Virus record (IMG/VR): IMGVR_UViG_3300035661_000001
Span: 1 to 64,000 of that record
Length of the DNA: 64,000 bases
Direction: 5' to 3' (one strand)
Positions 27,282 to 36,776 of this stretch are shown one piece after another (the first letter of the stretch is position 1; each line of letters opens with the position of its first letter). The notes under the pieces are model-generated. The model searched no databases. It saw only the letters and a program-made list of their open reading frames with translations, and was not told the DNA's origin. The translations under genes and the position numbers were made by a program.

Positions 27282-27884
27282 ATGAAAAAAATGCCTTGCT
27301 TATTGGCCCGTATTTTTCACGGACCCAATTCTTTCACTCTAACAGATCAGGTCACGCCTGGGTGTGAGTGGGTACTTGATGGTATTGGTATTGCTTCCCG
27401 TAAATGGGATGGCACTGCCTGTGCCATTATTGATGGCATGCTTTACAAACGCTTCGATGCCAAACGAAAACCGGACGGTACCTACAAAGATATTCCAGTA
27501 AGGGCAATCCCTTGCGGTGATGCTGATCCTATTACGGGTCACCATCCTCATTGGGTAGCATTGTCATACAGTGCAAACCAGGATAAGCATCACGTCTCAG
27601 CTTGGATTAACTTCCTGAAAGAAAACAAATACAAAACGCCTACTGATGGAACCTACGAATTGATCGGACCTCCCATCGGAAATAATCCGGAAGGTGTTGA
27701 TCGTATGATGTTCAAACGTCATGGTGATATGGTTCTTGAAGTTCCCAGAACCATTAACGGCATCACCGAGTATCTTGCAACTCATCTCTTGGAAGGTATT
27801 GTGTTCACCAATTTTGATGGTAGGTGTTGCAAGATCCGTCGAAAAGATTTCGGATTTACATGGAATGGTTATGTCAAATCGTGA
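27282..27884 (+). CDS. DUF5565/RLIG1-like ATP-dependent RNA ligase
   Basis: Motif I RKWDGT; LYKRFD; GHHPHWV; DGTYELIGP; EGIVF; KIRRKDFG. Confidence 0.75.
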   Translation: MKKMPCLLARIFHGPNSFTLTDQVTPGCEWVLDGIGIASRKWDGTACAIIDGMLYKRFDAKRKPDGTYKDIPVRAIPCGDADPITGHHPHWVALSYSANQDKHHVSAWINFLKENKYKTPTDGTYELIGPPIGNNPEGVDRMMFKRHGDMVLEVPRTINGITEYLATHLLEGIVFTNFDGRCCKIRRKDFGFTWNGYVKS

Positions 27885-27980
27885 ACCTAGAACAGTGCAA
27901 GATGTAAAGTTCGCATTAACGGTATCGTTGATCTGCGGACTCTTCTGTATCATTTTGATTTTAAGTTATCCTTATCTTTC

Positions 27981-28277
27981 TTGAGGGCGCTCATGTTTGA
28001 CAGAGAAGCCGCCCTTAGAAAGATTCAGATTGTATCACGTTACTCACATAACGGTTATCATTTGATGGTAGGAGATATTGATCTTTCTGTTAGAAAGATA
28101 GATGAAGGTCATAAAATCTATCAGATATCAGCAGTGAGCTGGATTGATCAATACAGTCCAGTTCTTATGTTTGAGGTCGAGGAAATGACTTGTAATCAAG
28201 CCGTAGATCGTTTTCAAGAATACCTGTGTCAGTTTGAATTATCTGACGCACTGTTTGGATGGATTGGTGTGCTATGA
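27981..28277 (+). CDS. hypothetical protein
   Basis: ORF track; start may be ATG 27993. Confidence 0.6.
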   Translation: MRALMFDREAALRKIQIVSRYSHNGYHLMVGDIDLSVRKIDEGHKIYQISAVSWIDQYSPVLMFEVEEMTCNQAVDRFQEYLCQFELSDALFGWIGVL

Positions 28278-28522
28278 GTTTCTCCATAACACATGGTACC
28301 GTTCCCCGAAAAGATCTTTTCAATAGGGCATTGAGTGAAGTATTGCGCCCAAATTATCCAATCCGTTTCCGTAATTGCCCGCGAATGGGTAATGTGGATT
28401 TGGGTGGAGAGCAGTTCTACCTTGAGTTGGTAAGAGCTAAAAAAGATAATACAATAGAATCTTTAGAATGGCTGAGGAGACATTTGTACTTCTTGGATAT
28501 TCATTGGGATAGTCGGCAGTAA
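28259..28522 (+). CDS. hypothetical protein
   Basis: ORF track; likely start ATG 28274. Confidence 0.55.
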   Translation: MDWCAMSFSITHGTVPRKDLFNRALSEVLRPNYPIRFRNCPRMGNVDLGGEQFYLELVRAKKDNTIESLEWLRRHLYFLDIHWDSRQ

Positions 28523-28541
28523 CGGGTTTTTAACCCAAAGG

Positions 28542-30092
28542 ATGGATATGGCTAGTAAGAAAACTGCTCCGGCGGCTAAGAAAGCAAAGCCGGAGCGTGA
28601 TGAGTTTGGTCGTTTCAAAACGAAGCTGGCAGCAATTGTCGGCGTAGCTTCCAAGGTGGTCACGAAGAAAGAGCCTGTCAGTAATAAAATTCTGACGAAG
28701 GATCTTTCAAAACTTTTCAGTCGTGCCAGGGCGAAGAGTGGTAATCCCATTTTCCTTCGTGCGGTCAATCAGCGTACTTCCGATATCAAGGATCGGTACG
28801 GTTATACTTTCTCTTACGGTCGTCTTCTCCCCGAAGCTGATAGGGAAATGATTCTCATTGCTGAGAATGATTACGGAAGTGGATTGTTTTACCTTACGTA
28901 TGAAACCATGATCGGTGCGCAGCGTCGCTCCAGCTATTTCGATGCCAGTTTCGAGTGGGAGCAGATTGATCCTGATCACAAGGATTACCCTGCCCGCATG
29001 GCAGAATACGATGCGAATCGTATTAAGACGTTGAGCACACGTCTTCATTACGACGGCAAGATTGGGTGTGATCCCGAGGTTTTTGTGGAGAGCGCAGCTG
29101 GGAGTATGATCCCTGCATTCCTTTTTCTCCCCAGCAAAGAGAAGCCTGCGCGGACTCCCAATTGGTCGAAGCATTTTAACGGTCATGGTGGAACCACCAT
29201 GTATTGGGATGGATTTCAGGGAGAATACACTACCAAGGCAAATTATTGTCTTGGTTATCATGGCGACTCCATTGCCGCTGGTTTGCGCGGTATCTATGAC
29301 GCAGCTCGAAAAAGGTTCAAGGATAGCAAGCTGAGTCTGCGTTCCGTCTTCCATCTTTCTCCGGAGATTTTGGAAGGTGCTCTCGATGAGCACGTTGCGT
29401 TTGGTTGCATGCCGAGCCTCAACGCATATGGTCTGAAGGTGAATATGCCTCCCGCTCGTGAGGTTCCTTTCCGGTCTGCTGGTGGTCATATCCACTTCGG
29501 TATCGGTAAGAAAAACCATCCCAAGGCTGGGAAAATCGTCAAGGCTCTTGACGCTGTTCTTGGTGTGGCTTGCGTGAGTTTGTTCGCAGAGTTCGATGAT
29601 CCTAATCGTCGCAAGCTGTATGGTTTGCCTGGCGAGTACCGTCTCCCTCCTCACGGCATTGAATACCGTACGTTGTCCAACGCGTGGCTGAGCCACCCGT
29701 TGATCATGAACATGGTGTTCGATCTTGCAAGGAAGGCAGTTATCTTTGGCAAGGATGATTACTTCGAGAAGCATTGGGTTGCTACAGAAGAGGAAGTTAT
29801 CAATTGCATTATCAATTGCGACGTGAAGGCGGCGCATAAGATGATGGAGAGAAACAAGGAAGCATTCCTTCAGTTGCTGAAGGCTTCTTATAGCTCTGCA
29901 CAGCCTGCTGAATTGGAGATGCTATATCAGGTCTTCATCAAGGGCATTCGTTCGGCTATCAAAGACCCTCTCGATCTGACTACCAATTGGCGGTTGGAAA
30001 GCGGTTGGAAGCCTCATTCGGGCGTCGTCGGCGAGCCCAATGCGAGAACCTTCTTGTACAATCGTCGCAACGATAGTGAGTGCAAGATGTGA
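28542..30092 (+). CDS. phiEco32-like COOH-NH2 ligase type 2, copy 1
   Basis: IGCDPEVF, WDGFQGE, FGCMP, FRSAGGHIHFG, RRKLYG.PGEYR, GIEYRTLSN. Confidence 0.9.
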   Translation: MDMASKKTAPAAKKAKPERDEFGRFKTKLAAIVGVASKVVTKKEPVSNKILTKDLSKLFSRARAKSGNPIFLRAVNQRTSDIKDRYGYTFSYGRLLPEADREMILIAENDYGSGLFYLTYETMIGAQRRSSYFDASFEWEQIDPDHKDYPARMAEYDANRIKTLSTRLHYDGKIGCDPEVFVESAAGSMIPAFLFLPSKEKPARTPNWSKHFNGHGGTTMYWDGFQGEYTTKANYCLGYHGDSIAAGLRGIYDAARKRFKDSKLSLRSVFHLSPEILEGALDEHVAFGCMPSLNAYGLKVNMPPAREVPFRSAGGHIHFGIGKKNHPKAGKIVKALDAVLGVACVSLFAEFDDPNRRKLYGLPGEYRLPPHGIEYRTLSNAWLSHPLIMNMVFDLARKAVIFGKDDYFEKHWVATEEEVINCIINCDVKAAHKMMERNKEAFLQLLKASYSSAQPAELEMLYQVFIKGIRSAIKDPLDLTTNWRLESGWKPHSGVVGEPNARTFLYNRRNDSECKM

Positions 30093-30095
30093 TGA

Positions 30096-30143
30096 TTGAA
30101 TGATCTCCGAGGTAGAAATGGTATTACCTCGGAGATCATTCAA
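30096..30143. repeat. 19-bp perfect inverted repeat after ligase 1
   Basis: TTGAATGATCTCCGAGGTA / TACCTCGGAGATCATTCAA with a 10-nt loop. Confidence 0.9.
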
Positions 30144-30299
30144 GTAGGTTGAACGGTGCGAACCCATCTCCGAATATTGAGTGGGAAGTACACCAAACGA
30201 GATGATTAGCAACCTAACGTGGTGAAGGGTTGCAAGTTCCCATCCAGCATAATCTGGATGATTGTTTGCTACAAAGACTTCAACAAAGAGAAAGAACAC

Positions 30300-31718
30300 A
30301 TGACGATCACATATCAGCAGATTTATGAGCAGCGTCTTCACGTCAAGATGACGATTTTCCATCTGAAGGATTCCTTGCTGCCGGAATCCTATGCCATTGA
30401 TGCCAATGGCAAAGCTATGCGCGATGCCGATCATGCTATCCATCGAGCAAAGTCGCTGCCGACTGATGTTATTGCAATTTCGGAAATCTATGCGAACAAG
30501 CAGTATTGGATGGCTCGTCTCATCAACGCCAAGACCGGCTTGCTGATTAATAATTGCCATATCAATCCTGATGATTCTCTCGAAGTGATTTCGGAAGGTC
30601 CGATCGTTGATACTTTCAAAAAGCTCATGGATGATAATTGTCATCATTTCATGATGCATAATTTCACGATCGGTTCCGATCCTGAGATTTTTGTGGAGGA
30701 CGAGGAGGGCGGATGTATTCCCTCTTGGCTGTTCCTTCAAGGCAAGAACGGTACTGATAAGACTTCCAATCTTATGATGTACGGTGGGAAGGGTGCCCAA
30801 AAGATGTATTGGGATGGTTACCAGGCAGAGTTTTGCGTCTTCGCAAATAACTGCAATGAGTACCACACCGACTCGGTGGCTGCTGGTTTGCGCGGCGTTC
30901 ATGATGCTGCCCGAAAGAAGTTTCCCAAATCGAAGCTTTCGGCTACCAGCGTTTTCGATATCTCTTCGGAGATGATGTCGGCCGCTGCTGATGAGCATGT
31001 GGAATTTGGTTGCATGCCGAGCTACAATGCTTATGGTATTGCCCCCAATCTTCCCCCTGGTCGTGAGGTCCCTTTCCGATCCGCTGGTGGTCATATCCAC
31101 TTCGGAACGGGCAAGATGAGCCACGAAGAGGCGAATCCGATTATCAAGACTTTGGATAAGATCTTGGGTGTCGCCTGTGTCAGTTTGTTCGGTGCATTCG
31201 ATTCGCGCAAGCGTCGGCACTTCTACGGTCTTCCTGGTGAATACCGTCTTCCTCCTCATGGCGTGGAATATCGACCGTTGTCGAACGCATGGCTGATCCA
31301 TCCGTTCATCATGAACATCGTGATTGATCTTGCACGTAAGGTGGTCGTTCTTGCTCAGCGTGACTGGGCAGATAAGTGGATCTCTGATGAGGCAGAGGTT
31401 ATTGATACCATCATTCGATGTGATGTGGTAGCGGCTCGTGCCTCGCTGGAGAAGAACAAGAAGTTGTTCAAGCAGCTTCTGAAGGCTTGTTATAGCGAAG
31501 GTACCTACACCTGGGCTGATGAAGATGATATCGAGGCTATCTTCGGTGTCTTCATGAATGGTCTGGAGTCCGCGGTGGAAGATCCGCGCGACTTCGTCAA
31601 GAACTGGAAGCTCGATGCTTCTGATACCAGCGTTGATCGTTGGTTGCCTGGCAACAAGACTTTCAATTGTCGAGCTTCGACTGCGGTTAAGACGCTGCGT
31701 TCTGGCAAGAAGGTCTGA
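30300..31718 (+). CDS. phiEco32-like COOH-NH2 ligase type 2, copy 2
   Basis: IGSDPEIF, WDGYQAE, FGCMP, FRSAGGHIHFG, GVEYRPLSN; different N-terminal domain. Confidence 0.9.
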   Translation: MTITYQQIYEQRLHVKMTIFHLKDSLLPESYAIDANGKAMRDADHAIHRAKSLPTDVIAISEIYANKQYWMARLINAKTGLLINNCHINPDDSLEVISEGPIVDTFKKLMDDNCHHFMMHNFTIGSDPEIFVEDEEGGCIPSWLFLQGKNGTDKTSNLMMYGGKGAQKMYWDGYQAEFCVFANNCNEYHTDSVAAGLRGVHDAARKKFPKSKLSATSVFDISSEMMSAAADEHVEFGCMPSYNAYGIAPNLPPGREVPFRSAGGHIHFGTGKMSHEEANPIIKTLDKILGVACVSLFGAFDSRKRRHFYGLPGEYRLPPHGVEYRPLSNAWLIHPFIMNIVIDLARKVVVLAQRDWADKWISDEAEVIDTIIRCDVVAARASLEKNKKLFKQLLKACYSEGTYTWADEDDIEAIFGVFMNGLESAVEDPRDFVKNWKLDASDTSVDRWLPGNKTFNCRASTAVKTLRSGKKV

Positions 31719-31728
31719 GAGTCTGAGA

Positions 31729-31773
31729 CTAATGATGTCTAACCAATCGAACATATGGGTTAGACATCATTAG
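31729..31773. repeat. 16-bp perfect inverted repeat after ligase 2
   Basis: CTAATGATGTCTAACC / GGTTAGACATCATTAG. Confidence 0.9.
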
Positions 31774-31842
31774 GTTGAATAAACTGAAAGTGTTATAGTT
31801 CGTAAATAAACTTTCGGTATACCAAATCCGTGAGAGATCATC

Positions 31843-32817
31843 ATGACGTTCAAACGTTTGCCGCAATATATGCCACAGATGCAACAAGGACTGCGCATTG
31901 CGGAGCCGCCACCGACCATCCCTGACGTAAAAGCCAGCGATGCCAATCCATCGATCTTTGATGATCCTTGGAATGATGAAGATACTCAACCGGGTCTGGG
32001 ACCTGTAGTACATAAGCCGGAGAACAAAATGTCACAAAAGCCTAGGGAAATCGAACGAAGCAATCTGATGTTCGTGTTCGGAAGATATCGTGAAGGGTTC
32101 AATCTTCACCGTGTCGTCGCACGAGATAAAGGTTTCAAAGGAATTACTCGTACTCTTCCTGAGTTCAAGCTGATCAATATCAACGGAGAGTTTCCTGTTG
32201 TTATTCCTGATGGCAAGGGACGGGTTGTTGGAGAGGTTTATGAATGCGAAAATAGAACTTTCGACTTCATGGATTCTCTGGAAGAGTGTCCTGGAACACA
32301 AAACAGAGTGATCATTTCGTTGGAGAATGGCGCTCGGGCTCATATGTATCTGCTTCCCAAGCATAAAGCTCCTAATCGTGAGGAAGAGATTCCTTCAGGT
32401 GATTGGGTTGAATGGAAGCGTAACGAGCGTTCCAGAGAGAAGGAAAAGAAAGAAAAGTTCATCGCGGCGATGGCGAAGGGTAAAGCTGAAGCTAATCGTA
32501 AGCGAGCCATTGAAGAAGAGCAGGCTGCTCTAGCGGCTGCTCATAGAGTTGCCAATCCTACGAATCATCTGGCTAACTTGTGGGATCCTATTCGTGGCAA
32601 GTGGGAAAAAGTTCCGCCCTCGAATGATACCAAGACCTCTCGTGAGATCACGGTCTATTCTAGTAAGAACGGCAAGAATCATGTTCATGTCTCTGATGTT
32701 GATATGGTTGTACTTCGTGCCAAACTGATATCAGATAATCAGTCTGTCCCGGAAACGGATTCACAAATTCGTAACAAGATCATGTCGATCTATGGTGTCT
32801 GGTTCGAGATTGGTTGA
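31843..32817 (+). CDS. gamma-glutamylcyclotransferase (AIG2-like) domain protein with N- and C-terminal extensions
   Basis: MFVFGRYREG...FPVVI...VVGEVYE...MDSLEE...AHMYL. Confidence 0.75.
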   Translation: MTFKRLPQYMPQMQQGLRIAEPPPTIPDVKASDANPSIFDDPWNDEDTQPGLGPVVHKPENKMSQKPREIERSNLMFVFGRYREGFNLHRVVARDKGFKGITRTLPEFKLININGEFPVVIPDGKGRVVGEVYECENRTFDFMDSLEECPGTQNRVIISLENGARAHMYLLPKHKAPNREEEIPSGDWVEWKRNERSREKEKKEKFIAAMAKGKAEANRKRAIEEEQAALAAAHRVANPTNHLANLWDPIRGKWEKVPPSNDTKTSREITVYSSKNGKNHVHVSDVDMVVLRAKLISDNQSVPETDSQIRNKIMSIYGVWFEIG

Positions 32818-32872
32818 TTGTTAAGAGGCGGTTTGGAGACCGCTTCTTCAATCTTAAGAAAGGATATTTGGA

Positions 32873-33133
32873 ATGTCGGAGACTCGAAATATTAGAGTAC
32901 GAAGAGGTCGCCTGCCGATGCAGATTCATCCCATGAGATCGAAAGAAGATTTCAATACTGCGTGGGAAAAGAAAATGCGTGGTTACGGCGAAGAAAAAAA
33001 ATACCAGACTGATGTTTGGGGATTGTTGAATCGTGATGAGCTGTATGCTAAGTTGTTGGAATTGTCCACATCAAGGGTGATGAATGATCTTTCCAATTAT
33101 CGTGTATGGTGGGATCATCTTTTCTTGTACTGA
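32873..33133 (+). CDS. hypothetical protein
   Basis: AAGGA SD. Confidence 0.65.
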   Translation: MSETRNIRVRRGRLPMQIHPMRSKEDFNTAWEKKMRGYGEEKKYQTDVWGLLNRDELYAKLLELSTSRVMNDLSNYRVWWDHLFLY

Positions 33134-34050
33134 TCTTTGAAACAAGATGCGTTTGAGCATCTTATCAAAATGAAAAGTCTAACCTCTATTGGGTCGATTG
33201 AGTGTCGCGCTTAGATAGATTGAGGTATGTTGTCGATGCGACGGGCGATTGTTCAGAGGCTGAAGCCTCTTGATAGTAGTCTGGGTATGATGTACTATCT
33301 CATGCTATAGGCTGGAATGCTTGTGGTGATTTTTTGGGATGAGCGCTCTCCGCTTACCTACAATGCGCTAGTGAAAATATATCATAACCGGCTTGTAACC
33401 GGGAGTTGCAGACTGTAATGTCTGCGTGCGTAGGCGGGTGTGTGGGTAGCAACAGGCTTGAAGAGTTATTGAATCAATGTTCTATACATTGATTCAACGC
33501 GAGCTATCATCGTGGAATTGGAGTTTTTGTTTGTGTAGAAACATCTTTCTACACCGGGGATTCATACTCTTCGGTTTTGGGTGGTTAGAATCCCCCACAC
33601 AAGTGGAGATTGCAATCGGGTGCAAACCTGTGAACACTTGATTATTTAAACTCATGAATGGATCTATGAACTGCTGGAGTCGCAGCGTAAGTTGTGGCAT
33701 TGAAGGCGCAAAGTTCATAGTGAAAGTAGTGAGGGGGCGGATACCAGAGCCCGGTAAAATCCGTGACTGATTGTTTTGATAAGATGCTCAAGCGCATCTT
33801 GAAAATATTCTGTGCCCGTAGCTCAAAAATCAATTTGATATAATAGGTCACTGTTGACCTGATGCCTTGTGCTATATGGTTACATTTCCGAATGTTCATC
33901 TTATTTGGGATGAGCGTCTTCCTAACACGAAGAAGGTTGTGGATTCGATCTCCGCCGGGCACACCAGTTAGCGTCATCTGTTGGCGAAAATAAACACTCA
34001 AATCAACTTTTAGTTGCAACTAGTAAGTTGCAAAGGATAATAGTTTTCCA
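33134..34050 (+). ncRNA. ~0.9-kb hairpin-dense non-coding region (candidate large ncRNA or ncRNA cluster)
   Basis: No credible + strand ORF in an otherwise dense genome; many stems, including TTGAATCAATGT/ACATTGATTCAA at 33469-33497. Confidence 0.45.
33862..33966 (+). ncRNA. tRNA-like RNA with AAC loop, expanded D domain and CCA end
   Basis: TCTTC-CTAACAC-GAAGA; AGGTT variable loop; GTGGA-TTCGATC-TCCGC; CGGGCAC-A-CCA. Confidence 0.55.
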
Positions 34051-34656
34051 ATGGAATTGAATTTCATCGACCAGTTCAATAAGGATGTTGCAGCGATCGT
34101 TGGGTTTCCGGTAGAGGTTAAAGTTCTCCGTGGATCACTCGATGCCCAAAAAGAATCGCTTGTCCTGGACATGAAAAATGTTTCAGAATACGATTATTCG
34201 ATTCTTCAATCGGAAGAGTATAGAGTAATGGCTTCTCCTGCTCCGGAGCCTACGAGAACGAATGGGTATTGGGATGGCGGCGTCGCTCATTTTTATCTCC
34301 AGTATCTTCCTGGTTGTTGTGGTGTTTGTCTCAGCTATCACGCATTGACCATGCCTAAATTCCAAGGCAAAAAAATCGGATACTTGTGTCGAGTCCTTCG
34401 GCAAAATATCGCCAAGGCGCAGGGATTTAGCACATTGCTTAGTACGGCGACGACCAACAATTATGCTCAAAACAAGTTGATGAAAAGTACTAGCGCGCAG
34501 TCGTTGTACTCTTTTAGAAATGAAAGATCTAGTAACGAGGTTATCATTTCGGCTTTTGATCTTCGTGACAGCCAGACTGATACCGCCCGTATTAGTTTAC
34601 CCGCTGGTAAAAAAACTGATCGTTTGCCTGGCTCAACAATTTTCGCAAGACTATAA
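34051..34656 (+). CDS. GNAT-fold acetyltransferase-like protein 1
   Basis: QYLPGCCG; KFQGKKIG (motif A); N.AQNKLM (motif B). Confidence 0.7.
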   Translation: MELNFIDQFNKDVAAIVGFPVEVKVLRGSLDAQKESLVLDMKNVSEYDYSILQSEEYRVMASPAPEPTRTNGYWDGGVAHFYLQYLPGCCGVCLSYHALTMPKFQGKKIGYLCRVLRQNIAKAQGFSTLLSTATTNNYAQNKLMKSTSAQSLYSFRNERSSNEVIISAFDLRDSQTDTARISLPAGKKTDRLPGSTIFARL

Positions 34657-34765
34657 GCAAGGCTTGCTGATGGATCTACCCATCAAGCAGAGTAAGTTGT
34701 AACAACAAGTGCCGATGTAATCGGCATAAACAAATTTCGACAACTTTAAAGGACATTGTTTTCCA

Positions 34766-35419
34766 ATGCATTTCATTGATAAGTTCTGTGCTGATGTTTC
34801 CGCGATTGTTGGGTTTCCAGTCATGGTTGAAGTTAAACGTGGAGAAGATAGGGACTCAAAAGTCTGGACCAGACTGAATCCAATTAACGTACTGGAGTAC
34901 ATATTTGCTGTTAGCACTTCTGAAGAGTACCGAGTTATCTCGGCGGCTAAAACGACGTCGACCGGTATGAACGGTTATTGGGATGGAAGAGTCTGTAACT
35001 TTTTCCTTCAGTATCTTCCTGGTTGCTGCGGCATTTGCATCAGCTATCATTCAGGAATGAATGGCAAGTTCATGAACAAAGGGCTTGGCAAGGTTATGCG
35101 TAAGCTTCGTGAAGATATTGCTCGTGCCCAAGGATTCAGTACGCTTCTTAGCACTCACACTTCAAACAATGTTCAGCAGAACAAAATCATGAAGAAGACT
35201 GGAGCTATGGCTGTGTATTCTTTTCGCAACGCTCGTTCGCGAAAAGAAGTTATAATCTCTGTCGCTGATCTGAAGAATGCTCAAACGTCGACGGTGAAGG
35301 GCGCCTGGGAACTGCGCCTGGCTGCCGCAGCTGCTGCGGAAAAGGCTTTGATTGCCGAGAAGAAGGCAGCTGGTTTGCCGCAAGCACCGGAAGCTCCTGC
35401 CGAACGCCGGGCAACATGA
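34766..35419 (+). CDS. GNAT-fold acetyltransferase-like protein 2
   Basis: QYLPGCCG; KFMNKGLG; NNVQQNKIM. Confidence 0.7.
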   Translation: MHFIDKFCADVSAIVGFPVMVEVKRGEDRDSKVWTRLNPINVLEYIFAVSTSEEYRVISAAKTTSTGMNGYWDGRVCNFFLQYLPGCCGICISYHSGMNGKFMNKGLGKVMRKLREDIARAQGFSTLLSTHTSNNVQQNKIMKKTGAMAVYSFRNARSRKEVIISVADLKNAQTSTVKGAWELRLAAAAAAEKALIAEKKAAGLPQAPEAPAERRAT

Positions 35420-35700
35420 ATCGTCGAGAAGCTCTTTTGGCTATGGGTTACCATGAATCCAAGCCAGGATTCTGGAACAAGCCCATCGGATATCAGAGCT
35501 TTTCATATCTTGAATCTAGAAACATTTGGACAAACGTTTTCACTTCTTTGCCAGGCAAAGTTAGCGTTTGGGAAAGCAAAAGTTTTTCAGATGATGGATC
35601 AGCTCTTTCTCAATTGAAAGAGTGGGAATGTTGGACCAGAACAGATGTGTCTACTAGAACTGATTCTTCTTTTGAGATTGTAAATCTTCTCGATTTATGA
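35416..35700 (+). CDS. hypothetical protein
   Basis: ATGA overlap. Confidence 0.65.
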   Translation: MNRREALLAMGYHESKPGFWNKPIGYQSFSYLESRNIWTNVFTSLPGKVSVWESKSFSDDGSALSQLKEWECWTRTDVSTRTDSSFEIVNLLDL

Positions 35701-35706
35701 GAAAAT

Positions 35707-36234
35707 ATGAATATCATTTCTTATTGTAAAGCGGATCTTGAAAAGATCCTTGGGTTCCCCGTAAAAATCATGTTCAGAAAACAAGGTGAAAACTCTTGCC
35801 TACTGACTATGTCTGATTTGGATTATATCAAGTTGGAAGAAAAGCCTATTACTTTCGAAGTAAAAATGGCGGATTCACCTAAACCTTCCAGGGAAAATGG
35901 ATGGTTTGATGGTTGGATTAGCACCTGGACTCTCCAACAGTTGCCGGGTTGTTGTGGAGTGTTGTTGTCCACTGGTAGCAATGTGGGGAATAAGTTTCGT
36001 GGAAAAGGCGTAGCATTGCGTCTTAACATGTTCAGACAGCATATTGCTCACAGCCAAGGTTACGCGATGTTAATGTGTACAGACGTCGCTAGCAACGAAC
36101 CGCAGAACAAGGTTCTCCAGAAAAATGGTTGGAAAAGGTTGTTTCAGTTTTTGAATTGGAGAACCCAAAACAAAATCAACATCTCAATATGTGAGATTCC
36201 GATAAACCCGAAGCACTTCGGATCCAGTAAATAA
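35707..36234 (+). CDS. GNAT-fold acetyltransferase-like protein 3
   Basis: QQLPGCCG; KFRGKGVA; SNEPQNKVLQKNGW. Confidence 0.75.
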   Translation: MNIISYCKADLEKILGFPVKIMFRKQGENSCLLTMSDLDYIKLEEKPITFEVKMADSPKPSRENGWFDGWISTWTLQQLPGCCGVLLSTGSNVGNKFRGKGVALRLNMFRQHIAHSQGYAMLMCTDVASNEPQNKVLQKNGWKRLFQFLNWRTQNKINISICEIPINPKHFGSSK

Positions 36235-36329
36235 AACTGGAAAGTGCAATCCGGGGAAATTTGTGTGCTATGCCTGTGCTAGGTTATAGCAATTGTGTGT
36301 CATTAATCATCAAACAAGAGAGAATAAAA

Positions 36330-36713
36330 ATGTCGAAGTTCATGTATCTCCGTGCCAGCCGCTCGGAGCAGCCTGTCGGTTGTGTTGCATTCAGCGTCGA
36401 GGGTGATACCCTGTCGTATCAGTTGTCGGTTCTGAATCCTGCCGATAAGTTCGATCGTACCAAGGGTCGAACTATTGCCGGTGGTCGGCTTGCCACTCGA
36501 CCCATCTCGGTGGGCGTGCCTGGATTGGCTGATATGGATCATCACGAGATCCTTACTGCTGTGATGCAGTGTGTGGCGAGCACGGATGGCGCTCCGACCC
36601 GAGCAGTTGAAGTTGCTGGACGTTGGCTTACCAATAACACGCCTACCGATGATGAGGATGGTGGGGCGGCTGTTGCGGTGGTGAACCACGGCGTCAGTTG
36701 CTGCGCGCATTGA
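36330..36713 (+). CDS. conserved phage hypothetical protein
   Basis: SVLNPADKFDRTKGRTIA.GRL motif. Confidence 0.7.
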   Translation: MSKFMYLRASRSEQPVGCVAFSVEGDTLSYQLSVLNPADKFDRTKGRTIAGGRLATRPISVGVPGLADMDHHEILTAVMQCVASTDGAPTRAVEVAGRWLTNNTPTDDEDGGAAVAVVNHGVSCCAH

Positions 36714-36776
36714 TTGACTCATGAATAGGAAGATTTGTATTGCTCCTTTTAGATATATGTATCTGAGGAGCAATAC

